The notes under the pieces were generated by a model that saw nothing but the letters and a program-made list of their open reading frames with translations, was not told the origin of the DNA and searched no databases. From positions 6,175 through 70,174 of the IMG/VR virus record IMGVR_UViG_3300016665_000666: a stretch of DNA of 64,000 nt. The stretch is one strand, 5' to 3'. The position numbers were made by a program, and so were the translations under genes. Source of the DNA: a virus. Its lineage: Duplodnaviria > Caudoviricetes. Positions 19,957-31,241 of this stretch are shown in pieces. How positions within the stretch are numbered: the first letter of the stretch is position 1; each line of letters begins with the position of its first letter.

Positions 19957-22900
19957 TGGGTAAAACAACAAGCACAACCGGAATTGGTGTTCGTAACGGT
20001 GCGGCGCAACTTGGTGGGTTGTCCACCCAGCCAATTCCTTTTGTGTTGCCCGCGACCTATCCAGTACCAAGACCTACTAGTCCAGTAACGGCTGTTGTTG
20101 CGCCAACGACCATTGCAGAAGCTTTGACCAATGGACAAACTCCTGAACTGCTTGTGCCAGTAAGCAGAGTTGTAAATGGCGAAATGGATGTTGCAGTTAA
20201 AGAGCTATTGCCAGCACGTTTGACATCTCTTCAATATCAACCTACTACAGATGGTTCTGGTGTAAGAATAAGCCAAGTGCAACTTGGCACTCAAAGAAGA
20301 ACCAATGATGACACTCTCTCGGTTGCTCAACTGAACGTAGAAAACAATCAGTTTCAACCTGTTGGCCCAAACGGGATTAGCAAACTAAGACCAGAAATTA
20401 TTAGTTTGATGGACTATGAACCAATCTATTTTGGCAACACATCAACTCTAAACGATGTTGGCCTCTTGATGGATGTTCAATATCAAGCCAGAAACCTCCG
20501 CGAAGAAACATTTTTCCAATTAATGGCTAGGATTCAACAAAGTGATCAAAATCAGCAACTTCAAAACATACAAACTGATTTTTCGACCAACTTCCAAAGA
20601 ATTAATTCCTCGGCAAACTTTTACCAAAACACTATTGCTGCTTTGGAAAGCGCAAAGAATGGTTTTGATCTGAAGTCAATACCTGCCAACCTTTTTGATC
20701 TTAGAACTTTTAAATCTTTGCAAGATTTCTACGAGACATACATGTCTTTTCCAAGAACAGCATTTGATAGGTTCTCTGGAACCAAGATCTTTATGCAGCT
20801 TCTTTTTGACATGAGAAGCATTGCTGAAGGTTATTCAATGAATCTTTTAAACTTGACTGATCCTGATCGTCAAGCAACTGGTGCTGCTTTTATTAGTCCA
20901 GTTTCTATTGATAAAACCTACAACAACCGTAACGGTTTTTCATTCACTTATGACACCGTTCGCTCATTCAACTACCCTGCAAACTCATCCGAACCACAGT
21001 TTTTTGCGAGATTCAACACTTCATTGCCACAAGCGCCAGATGACAGAATCAAGCTTTTGATCAACTTAGTATCAAAAGAGCTTAGGGTATCAAAAGGACT
21101 TGGAAGAGAACAGGTCATAAATGATTTGCGCCAAAAGTTCGGAGCTACAACATCTGACGGATCGCCCTTTGACAACTTGATTGGCGGCGTTGGCGCAACA
21201 ATTTTTGACACAGTAACCGGCCCTGGCAGTCTTGCAAGCCTCGCTGTTCTTAACGATACTGCTGGTTCTGCGGTGTTGCCATTTGAGACAAAATATATTG
21301 ATGTTAACAATACCAGAAAAGTCTACATTCCTGGCAGTTCTTACTTCATTGATTCCATTGTCAACGTTCCGGTGTTGACAACCTTCAATCTCACTCCACT
21401 TAGAAGTTATGTTGAAACTTTTGTGCAAACAACAGACAACGTGGCCTCTCTTGTTGCCAATCTGTTTGATTACAACGAAGACGTATCCATTCTCAGTTCT
21501 GTTGAGCTTCTAAAGCAAATGCTGTACGGAGTTATTAACAGTATAGCCTATTTGATGTCGAACACACAAAGAAGTGGATTGCAGATCAACACAGCCGATG
21601 CCGCAACCGTGGCCGTTTTTAGGTTGGCAGCATCGGATGCCTCTTTGAAATCCATGCTGTTTCAATATGTTTTATTGAACTTGTTGTCTGCAAGCAATAG
21701 CAGATTTTTTGCAACTGGCATTGCAGAAGACTTGGTTAATGATATTAGAAACTTAAGTGCTGTAACGGTTAACGAGTCTTATTCGCTGCCAGATCTACGC
21801 CAAAGAAACTCCCTGCAACCTTACATCGCTAGTTTGGGTTCTTCAATTCAAAACAAAGCGGTGCAGTTGGTCAATCAACAAAACCTGAACGCTGCAAACA
21901 ACGCCCAAGCACGCGAAAGAAGTAGTGTGGGTGGTGACGGAAAGGTTGTTGTTGGATTTGATACAGATATCACCTTTGGTATATCTGCTGCTTTGAACCA
22001 AAGCCATTTCATGACAGAGTTTGTTAGGTTTTTAGTCGGAATTGAAACCAGTTTGGGCAACGAAGGAAACAATGTTCTTGACGGAACAAAGCGAACAAGA
22101 TTCAACGGCCTTTCTGTCTCAACTTTGGTTTTGATGATTTTTGAAGCTTATTTAAATGTCATTTCGAGGTTTGTAAAAGTTGATTTTCAAACATCTTCCT
22201 ATGGGCTAAACTTCCCAGACATGGTGGTTGATACCAACTTCAATGCGCAGATGCATGACTCCATGGAAGATATTGTGTTGGAGCCTTATGCGCCAACTCC
22301 GATCATTCGATCTGACAATGAGATTGGTGTTCCAAAACTTGATAAATCAATCCAAACACAAACTCAGCGTTCTTCAAAGAGTGCTCGGGAAAGAGCAACA
22401 GACTTCACCTATTCTCAAATAAGAGAAGCTGCACAGCAAACAGGTGCTTCTGTTGATGATGTTTATCTTGGCTTGGCTCAAAATGAGGCAATACTTGCCG
22501 GGTCACATGCAACGGCTGGCTCTAGACACACAAACGGTTCGCAGCTTGCCAACAGAAGAGTAGGGCGTAGCTCTAATCCGCAAAGGCTTCTTGATGCACA
22601 GATGATGGATAGAAGCCTGGATTCGATCATGACAAAACTGCATCAAGAAGACCTCGCAGTTGCTTGTGCCATGCACATCCTGTTGGTAATCAAACAACGA
22701 CTGAGAACTACTCTTGATGCGGCTTCGAACTACTTCAGCCAGCAAACACTTGAAAACTTTGCTGCTGTTAACGGTACAAGCCTTTCAGACATAGGAAAGA
22801 ACTTAACCCCTGCTCAAGTTAGGTTGCTTTTGCGTCAAAGGGACTCTTATGTTAGAAACCTAACTCCTAATTCCAGCAACTTGCAATTCATCCCGGTTTC

Positions 22901-23948
22901 TTCAACCGATCAAAGCACGCGAAACATGATTTTGAGTCTGCTAGGAAAGGCTTCGTTTAGAGAAACAACAAACGCACGTCTTCGCTATCGACTGCTTACA
23001 GTTGGAATCCCATCTGAGTTTTCAAAAAACCTTGTTGGGCGTTTGGTAGGTTCCAACATCAACTCTACATCATTTCAAAGAACAAAGGAATACGATCTCA
23101 TAAAGATCAAGGTGTACAAAAGAAGTCTGGAATATCCGCAGATTGTGTTTAAACCAAACAGCTTTCTATTTGATCTTTCTTTGTTTGAAACTGGATATTC
23201 TAATCTTGGAATCTTGCCACAGACCAACTTTGAAAATACACTTCAGCAGATTACACTTGTTGACTACCAAGATGTTTCAAGACCTCGTGAGGTTACTTAC
23301 CAAAACATTGTGGAAAGCGACAAATACTCACAGATCCCAGATGCAAGAAGCAGACGTTCACTGTTTGAGAATCATGTCGTTAGCAACATTTTTGGCTCTT
23401 ACATTCAAGCTCTGACTGCAATGAAGCTTACAGAGGCTACTTTTGTTGATGTCCGCAGCGAAACATGGAGAAGACTTTCCAGGGGCACAAATGGCACAGA
23501 TCTCACTCCTCGGTTTGCAGAGCTTGTAAGGCGTTTTCTAATCGCTCAACGAGCAGAAGACATCAGAAGAAACCCAGCTTTGCGCCCATTGCCCGATCTT
23601 TCAATCCAAGACATGTTGACAAGCACAGATGTTGATCAAGGAACTAAAGACACGTTAAAACTTTTAACATTTGGCAACATTGCATTTAAGCTTGAAAATG
23701 CATTGGCGAACATGCTTTCTCCTAAAATCTTTGAAAGAGTTTTCACTATTCCGCTAAATGTGGATGACTTTGAGATAGACTATCAAGCAACCATTGCAAC
23801 TGAGGGTGGTCGAGAGTTTTTGCAAAAGGATTTTATTCAGGACAAGCTAGATAAAACAGCCCCTCAAGGAACCTATCGTTTTCTTCCTAGAACTGTTAGA
23901 GATGCCGTTTTGGAAGATTTTTTTGTGACAATAGAATTGGCAGAATAA
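19956..23948 (+). CDS. Large putative virion protein (1330 aa)
   Basis: Long intact ORF coupled to its neighbours; no recognised motif. Confidence 0.6.
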   Translation: MGKTTSTTGIGVRNGAAQLGGLSTQPIPFVLPATYPVPRPTSPVTAVVAPTTIAEALTNGQTPELLVPVSRVVNGEMDVAVKELLPARLTSLQYQPTTDGSGVRISQVQLGTQRRTNDDTLSVAQLNVENNQFQPVGPNGISKLRPEIISLMDYEPIYFGNTSTLNDVGLLMDVQYQARNLREETFFQLMARIQQSDQNQQLQNIQTDFSTNFQRINSSANFYQNTIAALESAKNGFDLKSIPANLFDLRTFKSLQDFYETYMSFPRTAFDRFSGTKIFMQLLFDMRSIAEGYSMNLLNLTDPDRQATGAAFISPVSIDKTYNNRNGFSFTYDTVRSFNYPANSSEPQFFARFNTSLPQAPDDRIKLLINLVSKELRVSKGLGREQVINDLRQKFGATTSDGSPFDNLIGGVGATIFDTVTGPGSLASLAVLNDTAGSAVLPFETKYIDVNNTRKVYIPGSSYFIDSIVNVPVLTTFNLTPLRSYVETFVQTTDNVASLVANLFDYNEDVSILSSVELLKQMLYGVINSIAYLMSNTQRSGLQINTADAATVAVFRLAASDASLKSMLFQYVLLNLLSASNSRFFATGIAEDLVNDIRNLSAVTVNESYSLPDLRQRNSLQPYIASLGSSIQNKAVQLVNQQNLNAANNAQARERSSVGGDGKVVVGFDTDITFGISAALNQSHFMTEFVRFLVGIETSLGNEGNNVLDGTKRTRFNGLSVSTLVLMIFEAYLNVISRFVKVDFQTSSYGLNFPDMVVDTNFNAQMHDSMEDIVLEPYAPTPIIRSDNEIGVPKLDKSIQTQTQRSSKSARERATDFTYSQIREAAQQTGASVDDVYLGLAQNEAILAGSHATAGSRHTNGSQLANRRVGRSSNPQRLLDAQMMDRSLDSIMTKLHQEDLAVACAMHILLVIKQRLRTTLDAASNYFSQQTLENFAAVNGTSLSDIGKNLTPAQVRLLLRQRDSYVRNLTPNSSNLQFIPVSSTDQSTRNMILSLLGKASFRETTNARLRYRLLTVGIPSEFSKNLVGRLVGSNINSTSFQRTKEYDLIKIKVYKRSLEYPQIVFKPNSFLFDLSLFETGYSNLGILPQTNFENTLQQITLVDYQDVSRPREVTYQNIVESDKYSQIPDARSRRSLFENHVVSNIFGSYIQALTAMKLTEATFVDVRSETWRRLSRGTNGTDLTPRFAELVRRFLIAQRAEDIRRNPALRPLPDLSIQDMLTSTDVDQGTKDTLKLLTFGNIAFKLENALANMLSPKIFERVFTIPLNVDDFEIDYQATIATEGGREFLQKDFIQDKLDKTAPQGTYRFLPRTVRDAVLEDFFVTIELAE

Positions 23949-23951
23949 GTT

Positions 23952-25733
23952 ATGACGGTTGAATCACTCCCATCAAAGAATGCTGCAATTTTGGACGTTC
24001 CAGAAGTCGAAAACTTAACAGCAGACTTCCAGTATCGTTATTGGACCGCTGATGAGTACGAAAATGGTTCTGGTTCTAGAAGTGATGCAAAACAACTGTT
24101 GCCTTCTGAAACCTTCGATGCAAACTACGTTAACATGACCAGGAAGCTTCCGAGGCTGGTTCGTCTTAGCTGGAATCCAGTCGCCCTAAACAGAGATGAC
24201 TCATACCAACAAAATCCAATAAAGATAAGAAACTTCTTAAACAATCTTCACAGCGAAGAAACGTTTACGAACAATGAGTTCACGACATTTCAGTATCAAG
24301 ACACTGGCGCAGACATGCGTTTGAGGTTCTTTGTTGATAGATTTGCAAACCTTTTGCCGGAGTTGGACAATGCAAACTCTGCTGATGAGTTAACCGAATT
24401 GGTTAACAGTCAAACAAGCACTCAAGTAAGTGCTGGGTTTCTTGCTGAGGTTATTGCCAATCTGCAAAAACAGGGAGTTGGGTTTTCCAACAGTTCTGAT
24501 CTAACCAATGCGACTATAAAACGCATTCAGAACGTGGTTCTGAATGCAAGGATCAACAACCGTTTGTTGTTGCCAGTTGCCAACACAGTCCAAGAGGATT
24601 CGGTTGGTATTTTTGCTGACGAGCTATCATCAGCAACATTTGTAGAGGCGATTAAATCAATACAAAGTGCTGCGATTTCAAACGCAAACGCAAACCTGAT
24701 CAATCCGCTAGACTACGAGTTTGAGCTTCTTTCCTATGTTGGCTACAAGCCCATTGATACAAACGGCTACAAACCATCTGTTCAATCTTTGGGATACCTC
24801 ATTGAAAAACGAGAGGTTCGTTCAGATGGCAGTCAGGAACAACACTCGCCCATTATTGTTGAAAATCCTTTTACAACTGTGACTTATGATCCGCAAGTTC
24901 GCTACAACTCCGTGTATCATTACAAGATTAGAGCAGTTTACTTGATTGAGATTAGAGCGGTTGATGAAAACACAAAGCAAAACCTCTTGGTTTCTTTTCT
25001 GATAGGGTCTAAGTTCTCCCCAGAAAAAAAAGTTGTGACAGTCGATCTCACACCACCGCCACCACCAGCAGATTTCAACCTTGCCTGGGACTATGGGGAA
25101 AGAGCTCTGCGTTGCACCTGGAACCTGCCCAACAATCCACAACAAGATATAAAGTATATCCAGCTTTTTCGACGCAAAAGCATTGCTGACCCATTTCAAT
25201 TGATTAAAATGTGGGATTTCAACAACACAAACACAAGAGCCTCTTTGAGCGAATACCCATCTCCAGAACTTGTTGTGCGCGTTCCTTCTTTTGTTGGCAT
25301 TTATCTTGATCGAGAGTTTGCAAAAGATTCAAACTACATCTATGCCGTTGCCGCTGTTGATGCTCATGGTCTTTGCTCAAACTACTCTTTGCAGTTTCAA
25401 GTCAGTTTTGACAAGTTTGAGAATAAGTTGGTTAAAAAACTGATCTCGGTTTCAGGCGCCCCAAAACAATATCCAAATGCATATCTTAATGCCGACACCT
25501 TTGTGGATACAATTAAGGATTCTGGTCACACAAGAATACAAGTTATTTTTAATCCTGATTACTTGGATCTTGTTGGCGGTAATGGTTCAGACTTGAAGCT
25601 GATTAAAACAAATCGTGCAAATGGCAAATACCGACTTCAACTTATCAATGTTGACCTTCAAGCACAACAAAAGATTGATATCACAATTGATGATTTTCGT
25701 CAGACCGCTTCCAACAATCGCAAAACCAGCTAA
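23952..25733 (+). CDS. Putative virion protein with FN3-like domains
   Basis: YHYKIRAVY, PPPPADFNLAW and YIYAVAAVDAHG...SNYS are FN3 hallmarks. Confidence 0.6.
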   Translation: MTVESLPSKNAAILDVPEVENLTADFQYRYWTADEYENGSGSRSDAKQLLPSETFDANYVNMTRKLPRLVRLSWNPVALNRDDSYQQNPIKIRNFLNNLHSEETFTNNEFTTFQYQDTGADMRLRFFVDRFANLLPELDNANSADELTELVNSQTSTQVSAGFLAEVIANLQKQGVGFSNSSDLTNATIKRIQNVVLNARINNRLLLPVANTVQEDSVGIFADELSSATFVEAIKSIQSAAISNANANLINPLDYEFELLSYVGYKPIDTNGYKPSVQSLGYLIEKREVRSDGSQEQHSPIIVENPFTTVTYDPQVRYNSVYHYKIRAVYLIEIRAVDENTKQNLLVSFLIGSKFSPEKKVVTVDLTPPPPPADFNLAWDYGERALRCTWNLPNNPQQDIKYIQLFRRKSIADPFQLIKMWDFNNTNTRASLSEYPSPELVVRVPSFVGIYLDREFAKDSNYIYAVAAVDAHGLCSNYSLQFQVSFDKFENKLVKKLISVSGAPKQYPNAYLNADTFVDTIKDSGHTRIQVIFNPDYLDLVGGNGSDLKLIKTNRANGKYRLQLINVDLQAQQKIDITIDDFRQTASNNRKTS

Positions 25734-25749
25734 TTAGAACAGAGGTAAA

Positions 25750-26469
25750 ATGGGCTTTCTGCAACAAGACACAAATAACATCATTCTTGATGCTGTATTA
25801 ACTGACACAGGACGACAGCTTCTTGCTAGAAATGATGGCAGTTTCTCAATTATCAAGTTTTCTCCTGGCGATGACGAGGTTGACTATACCTTGATTCAGA
25901 AATTTGGAAGAACCGTAGGGCAAGAGAAAATTGAGAAAAACACTCCTGTTTTTGAAGCACTTACAAATGGTGCATATGCTCAAAAATATAGGTGCATCTC
26001 TCTTTCCAATCCCAACTTGATTCGTCTTCCGAGTCTTGCACTTGCTGGTGGTCTTGGTGTTGATTCTACCAACAACACCGTGTCAATTGGAACCACGACC
26101 AACAAAACAAGGCAACTGACAGTTCAGCAAACCATCGGTGGTGGTGAAACTTCCATTGATGTTGAACTTAGGGACCAAGCATTCATTGTTAGTCTTGACA
26201 ACCGCTTTTTGCAAGTCCTTTCTAGAGCCGCAGATAACATTGATTCTCAACAGAGAGCTACATACATTCTTTCGAGAGATGCCAACGAGAACTCGGTTGG
26301 AGGATCGCAGGTTACGTTTACGGTGGGCGTTAAAGCAATCACTGAGGCGCAGTTCCAGATTTACGGTGCAAAGTATAACAAGAACCTCATCTCAACCTTT
26401 GTAAGAATTTCTGGTGTTCAATCAGGAGCAGTCAAAGAGTTTGAAGTTCAGATTAACAAATTGGGATAA
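25750..26469 (+). CDS. Putative tail/baseplate protein (tail-collar-like N-terminus)
   Basis: DAVLTDTGRQLLARNDGSFSIIKFSPGDDEVDY resembles the LT..G...LA......I..F..GD motif of gpH/DUF3751-type N-termini; AGAGG SD. Confidence 0.6.
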   Translation: MGFLQQDTNNIILDAVLTDTGRQLLARNDGSFSIIKFSPGDDEVDYTLIQKFGRTVGQEKIEKNTPVFEALTNGAYAQKYRCISLSNPNLIRLPSLALAGGLGVDSTNNTVSIGTTTNKTRQLTVQQTIGGGETSIDVELRDQAFIVSLDNRFLQVLSRAADNIDSQQRATYILSRDANENSVGGSQVTFTVGVKAITEAQFQIYGAKYNKNLISTFVRISGVQSGAVKEFEVQINKLG

Positions 26470-26475
26470 TACAAC

Positions 26476-27621
26476 ATGTCTACATTTAAAGAATTTGGCG
26501 CCGAAGATATCAAAACCTCTCGTTCTTTTTTGAATCAGTTGGTTGATATCATTCAAGAAGACATCTCTGGTTCTGCAACTCGTAGAAAGTATCAAGTCTA
26601 CGTTACAGGAGGATTGGGACCAGGAGTGACTAGCTCTTTGTTTCAAACAGTCTTTGACCAAGATTTTTCTCTGCAAACTGCCAACCCGGTTTTTGACATG
26701 ACAGTTGGGTTGCATGTTAACAGCAATGTTGTTTCTGGCACTTCACCAACAATTGATGCAAATGGTAAATTCACTTTTCCTTCGCAATCATTGATGATGA
26801 GAGAAAAAATTGACATTTATCGCCAAATGGCTGGATCTCTTTTGGGTGATGCAACCGAGCAGTTCAGTTTTGTTTCTGGATCAACAACCAGCACCATTAA
26901 CGAAGCCCTGTTTATCTGTTTCAAACGTTTGTTCTCCAGAGATCAGATCAAGCGTGAAACCTTTGCAGTCCAACTGTTTCAAACAGGAAGTCAGTTGACA
27001 ACGGCTGCTACGGGCGCTGTAATTTTCACAGACCTAAGTTCCTCAGTGAACAAAGACTTTAGCTTCGGTGGTCAAGTTTCTGCCATTGTTAACTCTGCTG
27101 ATACAACCAAACAGGTGGGATTGCTGTTCATTGACAGAGGAATTGCTGTCTTGGATATGTCAAAAGTGTTTTCTGCCCAAACAGGAACCGCACCGCTGAC
27201 AGGATCTATCAATGCTATCAGTTCTACTGGTTATACGCCATTCACAGGATCTTTTGATCAGTTCTTGGCAAGTGCTTCTATTGACAACATTGTGGATCAC
27301 ATTGCAACAACACGATTTTCTGGCTCTTCCCAAACAGCAATGACGTTTCAAAACATCACGAACATCAATTCCACTTTGTTCTTTTGTAGAATGGCTGCGG
27401 ACGAGTTTAACTACTCATCCAATCCAACATACACCGATTCTTCTAACAGGATTGTGGTGATTGATGAAGGGCAAGAAGAAACACAAAGAAGCTTTGCGTT
27501 TGTTACTTCTTTGGGCTTGTATGATTCGCTGGACAACCTTTTGGCTGTGGCAAAGCTATCAAGACCAGTTTTGAAAAATGACGAAAGAGACATTACTCTG
27601 AAAGTAAGACTTGACTTCTGA
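26476..27621 (+). CDS. Putative tail/baseplate protein
   Basis: C-terminal EFNYSSNPT...TSLGLYD...LLAVAKLSRP...KVRLDF domain. Confidence 0.6.
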   Translation: MSTFKEFGAEDIKTSRSFLNQLVDIIQEDISGSATRRKYQVYVTGGLGPGVTSSLFQTVFDQDFSLQTANPVFDMTVGLHVNSNVVSGTSPTIDANGKFTFPSQSLMMREKIDIYRQMAGSLLGDATEQFSFVSGSTTSTINEALFICFKRLFSRDQIKRETFAVQLFQTGSQLTTAATGAVIFTDLSSSVNKDFSFGGQVSAIVNSADTTKQVGLLFIDRGIAVLDMSKVFSAQTGTAPLTGSINAISSTGYTPFTGSFDQFLASASIDNIVDHIATTRFSGSSQTAMTFQNITNINSTLFFCRMAADEFNYSSNPTYTDSSNRIVVIDEGQEETQRSFAFVTSLGLYDSLDNLLAVAKLSRPVLKNDERDITLKVRLDF

Positions 27622-27645
27622 TTCTTGTTCTTGAAGAAATGAACC

Positions 27646-30018
27646 ATGACCATTCAGCGCATAAACCCTGATGACATCGAAGTATTCACGCTAACAACCA
27701 ACCCGCCAAGAACGTTCAATTCTAGTTCTTCTGGTATTGTTAGCGGAACTCTTCATGTGTTTGCGCGCCGATCTCCGTTTGAAAAAGAAGTACATCCTCT
27801 TTCAATGTTTTCTGGTTCATTCATTGATCGAGACTTGGATGGCATAAGAACTTCAATTGTCAACAACACGAACACAAACAAGTACAACTTGTTGCAAACC
27901 TACATGAAGAACGTAAACTCACAGTCCGTTTCCTTAAGGAAACAACAGACTGTAGAAGTTATCAGGTTTGAGCCATCAGCAAGATTTAGCTCAAACAGCG
28001 TAAGAAAGAGTGTTGTTACAAACAACTTGATGCCTTATTACAGAACCGTTTTTCCTGAAGCGCACTTTGCTTTTACCAACTATAACTCTTTAAACTTCTT
28101 AACAAGCTCTGGGCTTCCTAGCGATACGGCTTTGATCTATGCCGATCCAGATCGTCAGTACGCCATTACAGGGGCTTTCTCTTTCGACTTCTGGATAAAC
28201 CCAAGATATAAAAATGACTACCCAGGAGCGGCATTTAAAGCCGGAACCATATTTCACCGTTCTTCTTCTTATGCCGTTTCTTTGATCTCTGGTTCTTCTA
28301 GAGATGTGAACGGGTATGTTGATGGTTTTAGACTTGTTTTGCAGCTAAGTCATAGTGCAGAAGTTCGGCCTTCTCTGGCTATGCCAGGAACAGGCTCTAA
28401 CTCTTTAGTGTTCATGTCTGATGACAACGCTCTAAGAAGAAACACTTGGCATCATGTTACAATCAGATGGGGCGAGGAGTCCATCAACCAGGGCTCAGGT
28501 TCCTTTTTAGTTGACGAGGTGGAAAAAGGAAGTTTCGTTCTCACGTCATCGCTTACAGATTATCATGATGAAAACTGTTTGATGATTGGAAACTTCTTTG
28601 AAGGCTCGAACAATCCTTTGTTTTTCACAAATGAAGTTGCCGAGCGAGATGGGTTGACGGAGTTGATTGCTGGAACTGGTACTGCTCCTACAAACTATGT
28701 CTTAAACCATGGCTTGAATGCCGAGGTTCATGAATTGAAACTTTACAGTCGATTCTTGAACAATGATGAAGTTGAGTTCTTGCAAACTCAGGGGCCTGTG
28801 TCTGGAACAAACTATCTGGATGCTGATTTGCAGTTTTATTTGCCGCCGTTCTACACAAAAGAATCCCCATATAGATCTTTTCATCTTGGATATGGCGGTT
28901 TGATTGCTACGCCATTTTTTGAAGTTGATGGAACATCGACATCTCCAGTTGATGTGGACGCTTCATTTGGTTGTGCGGGTCACTATCTTAACCTGGAAAA
29001 CTTTGTAAGAGACTTTGCCACTGGCACATATGCCAGACTCTTTCACTTAACAGCCTCAGTCATTACTGGAAGTGCAACTGTTCCAACAAGCTTCAATGAC
29101 TACCTATATGCTTCCGGTTCCAACTTGAAGCGTCACATGACTTTGTTGCCAAATGACAATGGCAACTTCTTCCCGAACTTCTCCTTCATGATTCCAAACA
29201 GGGATGATAACTCTGTTACTGGCATTCCTTACTCAACAACTCAAAGCTATAGAGCTCCTTACAAAGTGGATTCTACACAGTTTGTGAATGACAATGGTAG
29301 CATATCACCGGGCTTTGTTACGCTGCGCAACATCATCCCCATGTCTTTCTTCCAAAGCCAAGTCCAAGAAGAAAGCGGTTCATTAGTAGATGCTTTAAAC
29401 GGAGTCAGTCCTGAGAATCTTGACTATGAGCCAAGTTCACACGGAAGATACACAGTGCTGCAAAGAACAGGTGACAACTCTTCCAACCAAGTTGTGTTTT
29501 TTGACATCTCTAACCTCTACTATGGTATTCAGATTGAACCTGGAACCGTTGTTCTTAAAGACACCAACACAACTGGCTCGTTTGGCAAGATGGAACTTAC
29601 ACTGATTGATGACGGAGAGGGCAATCTCTATCGCTCTAATACATCTGGTTCTTCCCCGGATTGGGCAAGTGTTGGAAACGTGTTTTACAACGAAGGGATT
29701 GTTATGTTGAAACACCCATCCCTTTACTTCTTTGGCAAAGACAACTTTGAGCTCTCCTTCAAAGGAAGACAAAACACTCATATTCTAACCTATAACTTGT
29801 TCAAAAGATCTCTTACTGCCTTTTCATCCAGCAATCCAAACTATTTGCCAGTAAGCGCATCTACCGATGCCAATGACACTGATAAGAGATTTGCTTACAT
29901 CACAGGTATCAACCTCCATGATGACAACCTGAACATCATCACAAAAACCTCACTGGCTCAACCCATTGTTGCTAGGACAAGTGATAAGTTTCTTTTTAAG
30001 GTCAGAATGGATTTTTAG
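27646..30018 (+). CDS. LamG-domain virion protein
   Basis: FSFDFWINP, WHHVTIRW, VHELKLYSRFL; C-terminus paralogous to 26476..27621 (YITGINLHD...KVRMDF). Confidence 0.7.
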   Translation: MTIQRINPDDIEVFTLTTNPPRTFNSSSSGIVSGTLHVFARRSPFEKEVHPLSMFSGSFIDRDLDGIRTSIVNNTNTNKYNLLQTYMKNVNSQSVSLRKQQTVEVIRFEPSARFSSNSVRKSVVTNNLMPYYRTVFPEAHFAFTNYNSLNFLTSSGLPSDTALIYADPDRQYAITGAFSFDFWINPRYKNDYPGAAFKAGTIFHRSSSYAVSLISGSSRDVNGYVDGFRLVLQLSHSAEVRPSLAMPGTGSNSLVFMSDDNALRRNTWHHVTIRWGEESINQGSGSFLVDEVEKGSFVLTSSLTDYHDENCLMIGNFFEGSNNPLFFTNEVAERDGLTELIAGTGTAPTNYVLNHGLNAEVHELKLYSRFLNNDEVEFLQTQGPVSGTNYLDADLQFYLPPFYTKESPYRSFHLGYGGLIATPFFEVDGTSTSPVDVDASFGCAGHYLNLENFVRDFATGTYARLFHLTASVITGSATVPTSFNDYLYASGSNLKRHMTLLPNDNGNFFPNFSFMIPNRDDNSVTGIPYSTTQSYRAPYKVDSTQFVNDNGSISPGFVTLRNIIPMSFFQSQVQEESGSLVDALNGVSPENLDYEPSSHGRYTVLQRTGDNSSNQVVFFDISNLYYGIQIEPGTVVLKDTNTTGSFGKMELTLIDDGEGNLYRSNTSGSSPDWASVGNVFYNEGIVMLKHPSLYFFGKDNFELSFKGRQNTHILTYNLFKRSLTAFSSSNPNYLPVSASTDANDTDKRFAYITGINLHDDNLNIITKTSLAQPIVARTSDKFLFKVRMDF

Positions 30019-30038
30019 TCCGAATATTTAATTCTGCG

Positions 30039-31241
30039 ATGAATCAAATACAAAAACTCATACTTGAAGCAATTCAGGCAGAACTGAAAGAAGCAGCTTT
30101 GGGTGCTTCTGATGCTGAAGCTAGAGGTTTGGCATTAGCTCTGCTTGGTGACAACAATGAAAAACAAGCAATCCTATATGATCCTGCGATGATTCGTAAA
30201 AGCTTCAGGATTGAAAAAGGCTATCCAATCATTACTGGTTTTAGAAGTCCAATTATTGGAACGATTAAGATCAAACAAAATTGTGGTGCATGGATGGTTT
30301 CCAGTGTTGCTGCCGAACGGGGGTTTGGTCCTTTCATGTATGACATTGCTTTTTCTCTTGTTGGGCCGCAAGGACTTATGCCCGACAGATCATTTGTTTC
30401 ACCACATTCAAGAAAGATTTGGAAATTCATTACTGATCGAAGAAGTAATGAATTCACAACAAAACCAGCACCAACAAACTGCAAGTTTCTTGATAAAAAC
30501 AAACTTGGAAAAGACCCTTATCTTGATTTTATCTACACGTTGAAAACGCCAATTCAAGGATTGGATGACTTAAAGAACAGGAGCAATCAATTCATTGAAG
30601 AGCTAACAGCCGAGATAAAATACGATGCAAAAAAGCTACTTGTCATGATGTCAAGTGGCATGTTTTCTCGCAAAATGACTTCACTAGATGAAGCTGCTAT
30701 TCCATTTCAACATGCAACAAAAAACAGTTTCGCCATACACACCACCAAAGAAGGTGGCGTTTTGACAGTGATTATGTATGAAACAAGTTCTACGGAGCCA
30801 GTAGTTCTGGGAATCATTGACATGGTAAAGATACCATCGTGTTCTACATGGAGGATTGTTACTTCTGCGGCCATAAAAGGTTATGGCCCGTTGATGTATG
30901 ACATTGCCTTTTCAATTGCAGGCGATTCGGGTTTGATGTCGGATCGCACAAGAGTAAGTGACGATGCTAAAAAAATATGGAATTTTTTAGCAAACAAGAG
31001 AACCGATGAGTTTGAAAAGATCCCGGTCAAACCAAACTGTAGGTTTAAAGGTGTTGACTCGGCTCACCCATTGAATCATAAGTTCATTTTAAAAAATAGA
31101 TTGAACTATGGTGAGTTGGAAGCAAACCATCAAAAAAACATGGCCCAGATGTCACCAAAAGACAAAAAGAAGTTTTTGGGGAGCTTGGAAGAGAAAGCGA
31201 ATGACTTCTTTAATGAGAAATATTTCGGAGTTAAACAGTAG
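30039..31241 (+). CDS. Tandem two-domain GNAT-like protein, probable internal head protein
   Basis: Two repeats: SVAAERGFGPFMYDIAF..GLMPDR..VSPHSRKIW and SAAIKGYGPLMYDIAF..GLMSDR..VSDDAKKIW; acidic leader ending LKE. Confidence 0.55.
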   Translation: MNQIQKLILEAIQAELKEAALGASDAEARGLALALLGDNNEKQAILYDPAMIRKSFRIEKGYPIITGFRSPIIGTIKIKQNCGAWMVSSVAAERGFGPFMYDIAFSLVGPQGLMPDRSFVSPHSRKIWKFITDRRSNEFTTKPAPTNCKFLDKNKLGKDPYLDFIYTLKTPIQGLDDLKNRSNQFIEELTAEIKYDAKKLLVMMSSGMFSRKMTSLDEAAIPFQHATKNSFAIHTTKEGGVLTVIMYETSSTEPVVLGIIDMVKIPSCSTWRIVTSAAIKGYGPLMYDIAFSIAGDSGLMSDRTRVSDDAKKIWNFLANKRTDEFEKIPVKPNCRFKGVDSAHPLNHKFILKNRLNYGELEANHQKNMAQMSPKDKKKFLGSLEEKANDFFNEKYFGVKQ

